A stretch of DNA of 35,917 nucleotides from an uncultured Gammaproteobacteria bacterium (GTDB taxonomy: Bacteria; Patescibacteriota; Microgenomatia; 0-14-0-10-38-17). The notes under the pieces are model-generated. The model was not told the origin of the DNA, searched no databases, and was given only the letters and a program-made list of their open reading frames with translations. Location of the stretch: the NCBI GenBank assembly GCA_964348895.1, contig CAYGEH010000001.1, positions 72,676-108,592 on the forward strand, in the 5' to 3' direction. Positions 7,092 to 14,958 of this stretch are shown piece by piece (within the stretch, counting starts at the first letter, position 1; every line of letters starts with the position of its first letter). The translations under genes and the position numbers were made by a program.

Positions 7092-7520
7092 TTATTTTTT
7101 ATATAAAACAAAATGCGGCAAGAGATTTAAGTCAATATAGTTAAACATCCAATAATTAGCCCTTTTAGCCGTTTGTGGTAATTGATATTTTTTTAAATTA
7201 TTTTTCGATACAAAAGGATAAAATCTAATTTCTTGATGGCTCCCAGATTTATCTTCCCACTTAAAATTAGCTATCATTGGAGGAACGAGAAAACCTGATT
7301 TCAACACTTTGTCCATTATCTGCCAACCTGCTCCAAAGATTTTCTTTTTTGGCTTTGAAAGATTGGTTTTTACTTGTGCCCGAAAAGAGCATCCTGTACA
7401 TTGGACATCATAGAGTGGGTAGTTGGGAGGTAGAGCCATTAGTTTCTTGCTACAATTTGGACAAGGGACAAGTTCAATAACTTCTAGTTCTCCTGTATTT
7501 CCAGCTTGTTTATTAGACAT
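7092..7520 (-). CDS. DpnI (Dam-replacing)-like nuclease, catalytic domain only (142 aa)
   Basis: GE..CPNC-x14-D-x2-CxxC-x4-QxK; later GAGWQIM and LPQTAKRANY..YIDLNLLP, colinear with the recalled DpnI motifs CPNC..PVADFYCxxC..ELKS, DGAYxTM and LAPTARRAGW..IDLSQVP. Confidence 0.75.
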   Translation of the reverse strand: MSNKQAGNTGELEVIELVPCPNCSKKLMALPPNYPLYDVQCTGCSFRAQVKTNLSKPKKKIFGAGWQIMDKVLKSGFLVPPMIANFKWEDKSGSHQEIRFYPFVSKNNLKKYQLPQTAKRANYWMFNYIDLNLLPHFVLYKK

Positions 7521-7559
7521 ATTTTTATTTTTTCTTTGTTACAGGTGTGGCTTTTTCTT

Positions 7560-7805
7560 TTAGTTATTTTCAGTGATCCTTGCCAGCCAAACACCACCAA
7601 CAATTCTAAAAAAGAAGTTAACTAAATATCAAAACAGACGCTATTAGTTTTATTGTGGTCTTTGCGACTGTTGTAATAAAATTTTCCTTTTGGGTGTTTA
7701 ATTTTTTCTATTAACTCTAGTTTAATTTTCTATCAATCCCTCATCATAAAATCGACAAAGCTTATTTTCTTCGGTAATCTTTTGTCCACAAAACTTACAT
7801 AACAT
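7560..7805 (-). pseudogene. Decayed zinc-ribbon/membrane protein gene
   Basis: ATG at 7805 (3 nt after the RDD gene stop) gives MLCKFCGQKITEENKLCRFYDEGLIEN* (stop 7722-7724), paralogous to MYCKHCGEKIPKDSKFCRHCG with the fourth Cys lost. Hydrophobic fragments (TIKLIASVLIF; LVNFFFRIVGGVWL) follow in other frames. Confidence 0.65.
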
Positions 7806-7808
7806 ACA

Positions 7809-8423
7809 TCATTGTCCCTCACTAAGACTGTAAAGATAAGCCCATACGATAACTGCAATTGCCGTTAATATATAAGCCAAAACTAGCCTTCTTTCTTCTT
7901 TAACCACTATTGTCCCTGTTTTTGTATCATGCCACGCTTGCCTTTTGTCATTCTTGTTCATATTCCAATATCCGACACCAAAGAAAAGCAGTGAAAGAGG
8001 TTGTAACAATGAACGCCCCAAAGCTGACCCAAAACCCAACCTTTCTTTGTTCTTGGTAAGAATTCTCAAACCATATAAATGTTTACCAGGGGTAGTTGAC
8101 CAGATGCTTAGAACTAAAGTATTATATATAACAAAAGATAGATAGCTCGAAACCATATTAGACAAATCCCAAACACCCTCACCAAATATTGGACCTAAAA
8201 CAAAACCTATTACAAATATATAGCCTACTCCTACCACCAAATAATCAATCAAATACGCACCAAGCCTAATCCAGAAACCAGCATAGTCTAATTTTGTGGA
8301 GCTTTTAGTCATCTCCTCTGCTATAGATAATTCCTTGTGACGGTTGCCAACAATCTTATTTCCACAATGCCTACAAAACTTGCTATCTTTGGGTATTTTT
8401 TCCCCACAATGTTTGCAATACAT
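7809..8423 (-). CDS. Zinc-ribbon + RDD-family membrane protein
   Basis: N-terminal CKHC-x10-CRHC; YAGFWIRLGAYLIDY, TPGKHLYGLRI, RQAWHDTKTGTIVV (RDD signature). Confidence 0.9.
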   Translation of the reverse strand: MYCKHCGEKIPKDSKFCRHCGNKIVGNRHKELSIAEEMTKSSTKLDYAGFWIRLGAYLIDYLVVGVGYIFVIGFVLGPIFGEGVWDLSNMVSSYLSFVIYNTLVLSIWSTTPGKHLYGLRILTKNKERLGFGSALGRSLLQPLSLLFFGVGYWNMNKNDKRQAWHDTKTGTIVVKEERRLVLAYILTAIAVIVWAYLYSLSEGQ

Positions 8424-8460
8424 GTATTTCGCTTCTTCTTACTTAAAAGGTGTTAATTTT

Positions 8461-9075
8461 TTATAAATCATAGTCGGCGCTTTCTATTTTCCAAGTCCAC
8501 CAAGATTGGCCTCGTGGGTAAAAATTTATAGGAACCTGAAAGCTAAACGCCCCGTTTGCCTCGGCACCACTCCAAATGGTTACAATACGAGTATCAAAAT
8601 GTCTTTTCAGAGCCTCGTCATAATAAAAGTCTAGTCTCACACTTACATTCCGGGCCGCCCCTGAATAAGCATTTTTTAAGGTTCCCACAAAATAGCTTTC
8701 AAAATAATCGTCATAAATGATGTCATAATCAGTTATATTTAGATGGCTTATGGGGAAGGTGGCGGATTCTGTTTTAATATTTGTTGTTTGGCTCTTTTCG
8801 CTTGACAGTGAAGCTAGCACTGTTATTCCAATAAACCCTAGTATAGTCCCCACGCAGGCAATAAACACAAACCTTTCAATAGGTTTTTTTGAAAACATTT
8901 CCTTTTTCTTTGGTCTGAATATTACATCATCAATCTTTTCGATCTCTTCGTGAAGCGAAGCAGCTATGGTTTTAACTTTTTTTAAATTTTCGGAGGTTAA
9001 CTCAAATCCACATTCCTGACAAAATTTACTTCCTTTTAAGTTCTCGAACAAGCATTGGGGGCATTTAATCTTCAT
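8461..9075 (-). CDS. Zinc-ribbon + single TM + FxLYD-like extracellular beta-sandwich protein
   Basis: CPQC-x10-CQEC; TM helix at about aa 70-90; VGTLKNAYSGAARNVSVRLDFYYD resembles the FxLYD domain. Confidence 0.7.
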   Translation of the reverse strand: MKIKCPQCLFENLKGSKFCQECGFELTSENLKKVKTIAASLHEEIEKIDDVIFRPKKKEMFSKKPIERFVFIACVGTILGFIGITVLASLSSEKSQTTNIKTESATFPISHLNITDYDIIYDDYFESYFVGTLKNAYSGAARNVSVRLDFYYDEALKRHFDTRIVTIWSGAEANGAFSFQVPINFYPRGQSWWTWKIESADYDL

Positions 9076-9084
9076 ATTAAATTC

Positions 9085-9873
9085 CTAACCAGATTTTATC
9101 ATAAAGCTTTCTCTCCAAAACAGCATTAAGTTTTTAATTCTGTTGGTAATTAAGGGGTGGCTAATCAAAAACTCGCTGAATTTTACAGAACTCATTTCTG
9201 CGGTCTTAATTTGGGCTACATAGCCTTTTATGTTTAGTTGCTCATATAACTTCTTGCCAACAGCCAATTTGATTAAAGCCGAAAGGGCACTATCGATATT
9301 CTTCGTAAGTATTAATCCACACCTGTCACAGGAATATTCTGTTTTTCTACTCCAAAGTCCAAAAATTAGTCCACTTAAAACATTATTATTTCCTATTGGT
9401 ATGAACAAAGTAGACAGTTTTGTGTGTCCGGCTTTATAGTGTCCTAATTCATGTCCTATTACAAAACTTAGTTCCTTCTGACTAAGTTGTTCTACAAGAG
9501 CTGAATTTAAAACTACCGTGCAACTTGTTATCCCAAGAGTAAATGCATTAAGATAGGGGTCTTGAATGATATACAAAGAAGCCCTTGGAAGCTCTAATTT
9601 CGTTGCTTGATCTCTAAATAATTCATAAATGTCTGAATATTGACCTTTGTGCACCCTAATGGCGTTCCCTAAAAATTGTGCTTGCTGTAACCGCACATAA
9701 ATTACAGCCCCAAAGAGGACAAACAGAAAGATGTAAATATCGAATATATAAAGAAAAAGGCTTATTCCAATAAGAGTAGCAAGGCTTAAAAGAAAGGCAA
9801 GATGTTCGCGGGGAACACGAAACATCCACGCCTCTACTTTGTTTATCTCATTTTCATAAGTTTGATTTTTCAT
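9085..9873 (-). CDS. M48-family (HtpX/Ste24-like) membrane zinc metallopeptidase
   Basis: Two N-terminal TM helices; YIIQDPYLNAF, FVIGHELGH (HExxH), WSRKTEYSCDR, SHPLITNRI. An alternative start at Met17 (9825) is possible. Confidence 0.9.
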   Translation of the reverse strand: MKNQTYENEINKVEAWMFRVPREHLAFLLSLATLIGISLFLYIFDIYIFLFVLFGAVIYVRLQQAQFLGNAIRVHKGQYSDIYELFRDQATKLELPRASLYIIQDPYLNAFTLGITSCTVVLNSALVEQLSQKELSFVIGHELGHYKAGHTKLSTLFIPIGNNNVLSGLIFGLWSRKTEYSCDRCGLILTKNIDSALSALIKLAVGKKLYEQLNIKGYVAQIKTAEMSSVKFSEFLISHPLITNRIKNLMLFWRESFMIKSG

Positions 9874-9876
9874 TTG

Positions 9877-9947
9877 TTGCCCAGCTAGGATTCGAACCTA
9901 GATTCTTCGGTTCAGAGCCGAATGTCCTACCATTAGACGACCGGGCA
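9877..9947 (-). tRNA. tRNA-Gln, anticodon CUG; CCA not encoded
   Basis: TGCCCGG/CTGGGCA acceptor stem (U1-A72), D-arm GTCTAATGGTAGGAC, anticodon arm TTCGG-ctCTGaa-CCGAA, T-arm CTAGG-TTCGAAT-CCTAG; discriminator A followed by CAA. Confidence 0.97.
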
Positions 9948-9962
9948 TTAAAGTTAAGGCTT

Positions 9963-9971
9963 ATTTTATCA
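9963..9971 (-). promoter_or_regulatory. Extended -10 promoter (TGaTAAAAT) for tRNA-Gln
   Basis: 15 nt upstream of the mature tRNA 5' end, inside the gltX-tRNA gap. Confidence 0.55.
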
Positions 9972-9986
9972 AAAAAAGAGAAAAAG

Positions 9987-11402
9987 TTAGCCTAAGGTAA
10001 CTTGAAGTCTTTCTAGGCTTTCTCTTTGCCCTAAAATCGCCATCGAATCATTAATCGGTGGAGTCTGACAAGAGCCGGTAATGGCTATTCGTAAAGTCAT
10101 AAAAAAGTCGCCTGTTGGCCAATTGTTTTTCTCAATTAAAGCCATTAGTTTAAGAGTTATTTCTTCTTCTTGCCATTTTTCAATAGATTGAAGCGCTTTA
10201 ACTGCTTCGACTAAATAATTCTTATAATCTCCTTTAACATTTTTAGCTAAAAAGTCTCTTGTTACCTTGGGGGCTTTGAAAAAAAATCCAGCTAAGCTAT
10301 TAAATTCGGTTAATTTAACTATCCTGTCTTTCACTAGCGGAACAATTTTAATTAACAAGTCCTCGCTTACTCCCTCAGAAACGAACGGTTTTAATAATTC
10401 AACTAGCTCTTTAGTGTTCTTCATTCTAATATATTGACCGTTAAACCAATCTAGTTTTTTAATATCAAAAACAGCGTTTTGTTTTTGAATTTTTTTGTAA
10501 TCGAAAACCTCTGTTAGTTCTTCTAGGGAAAGAAGGTGAGAATTATCTTGATAAGACCAACCAAGATATACCATAAAATTAATCAGTGCTTCTTTTAAAT
10601 AACCTTCGTCACGGTAGTCAAGGACTGATTTTGCCCCATGTCTCTTGGAAAGCTTAGTTTTATCCGGCCCCAAAATTAAGGGCAAGTGCATCATTTCTGG
10701 CACCTCCCAACCTAAAGACTGATACAGAAAAAGATGTTTAGGGGTAGAAGAAATCCACTCTACTCCTCTGATAATATGACTAATTTCCATATCATGATCG
10801 TCAACCACAACCGCCAAGTGATAAGTGGGAAAACCGTCCGACTTTAATAATACTTGGTCGTCTAAGTCTTTAGAATTAATAGTAATTTCCCCTTGAATCA
10901 AGTCAACCCAAGTAAAATCTTTTCTTTCGGGCATTTTTATGCGAATCACAAATTGGCCCATTTCTTTCTTTTCCTCGATTTCTGTTTTTGACAAAGATAA
11001 GCAATGGCGATCATATTTGGGGACTTGACCAGTCTTTCCTTGCTCTTGGCGAAGATTATTTAGGCGAACAGAAGGGCAAAAACAATAATAAGCAACCCCT
11101 CTTTCAACTAATTCTTTGGCCACTTCCTGATAACGAGCTAGGCGTTGGGACTGAAAATAAGGGGCAAAGACTCCTCCCACCCCAGGGCCCTCGTCCCAAT
11201 TTAATCCCAAAAACTCTAATATCTCTAAGATTTTTTCTAAAGACTCTGGTTGGTACCTTTTTCTGTCGGTGTCTTCCACTCGAACAATAAACTGCCCCCC
11301 AGTTTGACGAGCCAATAACCAATCAAAAAGAGCGGTTCTGCTGTTACCAATATGGGGAATTCCGGTTGGGGAAGGAGCAAAACGAACTCTAACTGACCTC
11401 AT
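9987..11402 (-). CDS. gltX: Glutamyl-tRNA synthetase
   Basis: VRVRFAPSPTG.PHIGN (HIGH), RVEDTD, DGFPTYHLAVVVDD, KLSKRHG (KMSKS). Start re-called to MRSVRV (11402), 10 nt after TGaTAAAAT. Confidence 0.97.
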   Translation of the reverse strand: MRSVRVRFAPSPTGIPHIGNSRTALFDWLLARQTGGQFIVRVEDTDRKRYQPESLEKILEILEFLGLNWDEGPGVGGVFAPYFQSQRLARYQEVAKELVERGVAYYCFCPSVRLNNLRQEQGKTGQVPKYDRHCLSLSKTEIEEKKEMGQFVIRIKMPERKDFTWVDLIQGEITINSKDLDDQVLLKSDGFPTYHLAVVVDDHDMEISHIIRGVEWISSTPKHLFLYQSLGWEVPEMMHLPLILGPDKTKLSKRHGAKSVLDYRDEGYLKEALINFMVYLGWSYQDNSHLLSLEELTEVFDYKKIQKQNAVFDIKKLDWFNGQYIRMKNTKELVELLKPFVSEGVSEDLLIKIVPLVKDRIVKLTEFNSLAGFFFKAPKVTRDFLAKNVKGDYKNYLVEAVKALQSIEKWQEEEITLKLMALIEKNNWPTGDFFMTLRIAITGSCQTPPINDSMAILGQRESLERLQVTLG

Positions 11403-11412
11403 CTTGGTTTGA

Positions 11413-11438
11413 ATTTTATCATCTCTGGGTGTTATACT
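11413..11438. promoter_or_regulatory. Back-to-back extended -10 promoters: TGaTAAAAT (minus, 11413-11421, gltX) and TGtTATACT (plus, 11430-11438)
   Basis: Both motifs are read directly in the 68-bp divergent gap. Confidence 0.65.
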
Positions 11439-11470
11439 CAAACGTAAGGGTTGTCCTCTTTAGTAAAAAA

Positions 11471-12544
11471 ATGAGCCAATTAACTCAAGCTGCCCATTAT
11501 GCCCGAAAGTTTATTAAGTTTTCTCTTTTGGGTCTAGCTGCAATCATTCTTCTCGTACCTCTTGCTAGGGCCTTTGGTGAATATTGGCGAGATCGTAACC
11601 CCGTCCCCCCTCCACCGCCAAACATGGCTCTTGGTAAAATTCCACCCATTAATTTCGGCTTAGAAAGACATCAGCTAGAAGATTTTTCTTTTCAACTCCA
11701 AACCCCAGATGGTGGACTTCCGAGTTTGGGAACCCAATCCAGGGTTTATTTCATTCCAATTTTAGGCTCTAGGTTTTTCGACGAAGATAAAACCAGAAGA
11801 ACAGCTTCTCAAATGGGATTTACCAGAGAGGTTGGTAAAATTAGCCCAACTCGCTTTGCTTTTTCTAATCCTAGAACTAACGCCACCATAAGAATAGACA
11901 CCGTTAACAACAACTTTGAAATTAGCTTTCCTTGGGAAGAAAGTCTTTTCTTTGTTAATAGCCAAGGTCCCGAACAACTTCAGGCTTTAAGGTCAGTCCA
12001 AAATTTTTTGTCCAGAGCCAATTTATGGCAAGAAGATATCGCGCCGCAAAATGCAACTTTTTTGTTTTTGAAATATGATCAAGAACAGCAAGATCTAATC
12101 GCTGTCTCCTCCTTGTCAGAAAGCCAATTAACTAAAGTAAACCTAAGAAGGACCGATTTGGATGGCAAGCAAATTATGCCTCCTGATCCTGACGAGGCGA
12201 ACATTTCTTTTATTCTTTCTTCTCAAAGAGAAAATCAAGAAATTATTTTCGGCAAATATATTCGCTACCCCATTAATTATGATCGCTGGGGAACATATCC
12301 GATTAAATCTTCAGTTACCGCTTGGGAGGAACTTAAGTCTGGGCAGGGCTTCATTGCTCGATTGGGAAACAATTCCGTCAATGAGCCAATTATTATTCGC
12401 AGTGTCTATTTGGCTTATTTTGACCCTGAGGTGCCTCAGGATTTTTTGCAACCAATTTTTGTCTTTGAGGGTCTTAATGATTTTCTAGCCTACCTCCCCG
12501 CCCTAGACCCCTCAATGGTTAGTCAAGAAAATCAAACAAATTAA
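11471..12544 (+). CDS. Hypothetical membrane-anchored extracytoplasmic protein (about 357 aa)
   Basis: N-terminal TM helix followed by PVPPPPP; C-terminal IIIRSVYLAYF...LQPIFVFEG (weakly YycI-like). Start re-called to MSQLTQ (11471). Confidence 0.8.
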   Translation: MSQLTQAAHYARKFIKFSLLGLAAIILLVPLARAFGEYWRDRNPVPPPPPNMALGKIPPINFGLERHQLEDFSFQLQTPDGGLPSLGTQSRVYFIPILGSRFFDEDKTRRTASQMGFTREVGKISPTRFAFSNPRTNATIRIDTVNNNFEISFPWEESLFFVNSQGPEQLQALRSVQNFLSRANLWQEDIAPQNATFLFLKYDQEQQDLIAVSSLSESQLTKVNLRRTDLDGKQIMPPDPDEANISFILSSQRENQEIIFGKYIRYPINYDRWGTYPIKSSVTAWEELKSGQGFIARLGNNSVNEPIIIRSVYLAYFDPEVPQDFLQPIFVFEGLNDFLAYLPALDPSMVSQENQTN

Positions 12545-13508
12545 CTTCTTGGGGAGAAAAGCTGACCAACCCCCAACCAAGCAAGTTTTGAGTTTCCCAG
12601 AAACGATTTGGAGATCCCAAAACAACACTTAAAAACCGACGACCATTTTGCTCCCAAAGACCAATAAAACAAGCACCCGCCTGAAAAGTGTAGCCAGTTT
12701 TTACTCCTAAAATCCCAGGAAAAGTCAACAAATCATTAGTAGTTTTAATTTGATAACAATTATCGCCAGTCAAATTACAAATCTGCCCATCTCCACGCTG
12801 AATGGTTTTAGCGAAATCATCATTTTTAAGAGCATATTTTGTTAAAACAAGCAGGTCTTGGGCGCTGCTATAGTGGTTTGCTTCATCAAGGCCATGAGGA
12901 TTAGCAAAGCGTGTGTTTTCTAGTCCTAAAAGTGTAGCTTTTTCATTCATCCGAGCAACAAAGGCTGTTTTTCCTCCTGGAAAGTTATCAGCTAGAATGT
13001 CCGCCGCGTCATTCCCCGACATTACCAGTAAAGCATAAAACAAATCCCGAACCAAGAACTGTTCTCCAGGAATAACGCCAACGGTTCGCCCTAGGCTTTG
13101 GTTTCGATTAACAGTCGCAATTTGATCTAGTCCCATTTCTTCTAAAACAATCAAGGCTGTCATAATTTTGGTTAGAGAAGCCATGGGAAGAGCCTCGTCA
13201 ATATTTTTCTGATAAAGAATTTGGCCAGAATTATAGTCAAGCAAAAGGGCTGAACGAGCTCCAATCAGTGGCTCCCCCGTCAAAGACTTAACTAAAAGTG
13301 GTGGCAAAGAAGGCAGAGCCTGATAAGAATAATTGGCTTCAATCGCCAGCCCCCCTTTTAAGGGCAAGGTTTCATAAAAAGAATTTCCAGGAAGAAAGAC
13401 TAAGCTAAGGGCAACAAGAAAGAAAAATCCAAACTGCAAAGAAAAGACTTTTTTCAGTTTTTTTCTAAAAACGAGGCTTGCTCTAGACAGCTTTATCAAT
13501 ATTTTCAT
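12519..13508 (-). CDS. D-alanyl-D-alanine carboxypeptidase (peptidase S11)
   Basis: PMASLTK (SxxK), VMSGND (SxN), GVKTGYT (KTG), FANPHGLD; N-terminal TM. Confidence 0.95.
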   Translation of the reverse strand: MKILIKLSRASLVFRKKLKKVFSLQFGFFFLVALSLVFLPGNSFYETLPLKGGLAIEANYSYQALPSLPPLLVKSLTGEPLIGARSALLLDYNSGQILYQKNIDEALPMASLTKIMTALIVLEEMGLDQIATVNRNQSLGRTVGVIPGEQFLVRDLFYALLVMSGNDAADILADNFPGGKTAFVARMNEKATLLGLENTRFANPHGLDEANHYSSAQDLLVLTKYALKNDDFAKTIQRGDGQICNLTGDNCYQIKTTNDLLTFPGILGVKTGYTFQAGACFIGLWEQNGRRFLSVVLGSPNRFWETQNLLGWGLVSFSPQEVNLFDFLD

Positions 13509-14871
13509 TAGCAATTTTTAAACCCAACTCTTCTAATTGAACTAAATCAACCTCACCCGGAGCCTCCATTACTGCCGTTCGACCAGAGGCGTTAACTGGA
13601 AAAGCAATTACCTCCCTAATACTCTCTTCTCCTAATAAAATCGCTGTCAGGCGATCAAGACCAAAGGCAATTCCACCATGGGGTGGTACTCCATAAGCAA
13701 ATGCCTCCAAAAGATGGCCAAATCTTTCTTTAATATCTTTTGGGGAATGGCCTAAAATTTTGAAAATTTGTTCTTGAATTTTAGGGTCAGTAATTCTAAT
13801 GCTGCCGCCAGCGATTTCCTGGCCGTTTAAGACTAAATCATACTGCCAAGATCGCACCATCAAAGGGTCGCTTGCTAGTTGGCTTAAATCGTCTGGGTTA
13901 GGACTGGTAAAGGGGTGATGAACTGGGTTAATTTCTCTGGTCTTAGTTTTTTCAAAAAGAGGAAAATCAACAATCCAAGCAAAAGCTAATTCCTTTAGAT
14001 TAGCTGGGTCTTTTCTTAAGTCTGGCTTATCGGTTTGATATTTTTCCTTTGCTTCTTGATAAGAAATTCTAGGAAAGGGTCTTTGATTTACCGCTAATCC
14101 AACTTTTTCTATCACCTCAATAACTACTTCTTCCATTAAATTTAAAACATCATCTCGAGTAACAAAAGACATTTCTACATCAATTTGTTTAAATTCTAAT
14201 CCTCTATCAGCTCGCAAGTCTTCATCTCGAAAACAAGTAGCAATTTGAAAATACTTTTCAATTCCCGCGACCATCAATAGTTGTTTATACTGTTGAGGCG
14301 ATTGAGGAAGAGCATAGAACTTACCTTGATGAAGTCGAGAGGGAACCAAAAAGTCTCGCGCTCCTTCTGGGGTTGACTTGGACAAGTTGGGAGTGTCAAT
14401 TTCCCAAAACCCTCGATCCGACAAAGATTGGCGAACCGCTTGAGTTAGTCGATGACGAAACTCTAAGTTTTTCTCTAATCGTGGTCTACGCAAGTCAAGA
14501 TAGCGATACCGAAGCCTTAAATCGTCATTAATTTTCTTACCTAAGCCAGCAACATCAAAGGGCAAATCCTTCGCTTTAGACAAAACCGTCACTTTTCTTG
14601 CCTCAATTTCAATTTTACCAGTCGAAATTTTATCGTTAATTAGGCGCTCGGGGCGCTCTTTGACTAATCCCTCAATTTTTAAAACAAATTCATTTTTTAT
14701 AGGTCCAAATAAGTCGCTTCTTCCCACAACTTGAATTAAACCAGAGCGATCTCTAAAATCAACAAAAACTAGCTTGCCGTGATCCCGAATACTGTTAATC
14801 CAACCATAGAGGCTTACTTCTTTTCCAACCTTATCAATCGTTTGAACAATTAGGGTTCTTTCCGTTAACAT
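13483..14871 (-). CDS. aspS: Aspartyl-tRNA synthetase, bacterial type, lacking the GAD insertion (about 462 aa)
   Basis: RDHGKLVFVDFRD, RYRYLDLRR, KSTPEGARDFLVPSR, FYALPQSPQ, CFRDEDLRADR, PPHGGIAFGLDR. Start re-called to MLTER (14871). Confidence 0.96.
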   Translation of the reverse strand: MLTERTLIVQTIDKVGKEVSLYGWINSIRDHGKLVFVDFRDRSGLIQVVGRSDLFGPIKNEFVLKIEGLVKERPERLINDKISTGKIEIEARKVTVLSKAKDLPFDVAGLGKKINDDLRLRYRYLDLRRPRLEKNLEFRHRLTQAVRQSLSDRGFWEIDTPNLSKSTPEGARDFLVPSRLHQGKFYALPQSPQQYKQLLMVAGIEKYFQIATCFRDEDLRADRGLEFKQIDVEMSFVTRDDVLNLMEEVVIEVIEKVGLAVNQRPFPRISYQEAKEKYQTDKPDLRKDPANLKELAFAWIVDFPLFEKTKTREINPVHHPFTSPNPDDLSQLASDPLMVRSWQYDLVLNGQEIAGGSIRITDPKIQEQIFKILGHSPKDIKERFGHLLEAFAYGVPPHGGIAFGLDRLTAILLGEESIREVIAFPVNASGRTAVMEAPGEVDLVQLEELGLKIANENIDKAV

Positions 14872-14877
14872 TGCTAA

Positions 14878-14886
14878 ATTATAGCA
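14878..14886 (-). promoter_or_regulatory. Extended -10 promoter (TGcTATAAT), 6 nt before the aspS ATG (leaderless)
   Basis: Minus strand reads ggTGcTATAATttagcaATG. Confidence 0.75.
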
Positions 14887-14958
14887 CCAAAAATTATTAA
14901 CAAGCAAAAAATTAAGCTCTTAACAAAATCCTAATTTTAAATTTCGAAGATTCGTGTT

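Noticed and set aside
6933-9947. Integrative element or prophage at tRNA-Gln with an att duplication
   Set aside because: I found no copy of the tRNA 3' end near 6930-7800, and no integrase, transposase or phage genes. A compositional shift was not established (spot checks were inconsistent).
11403-11470. Track starts for gltX (11441) and the divergent gene (11429), implying overlapping 5' ends
   Set aside because: Both extensions run through the two promoter boxes; starts at 11402 and 11471 fit the motifs better. The extended starts at 1437, 6932, 14907, 18110 and 23594 were likewise shortened.
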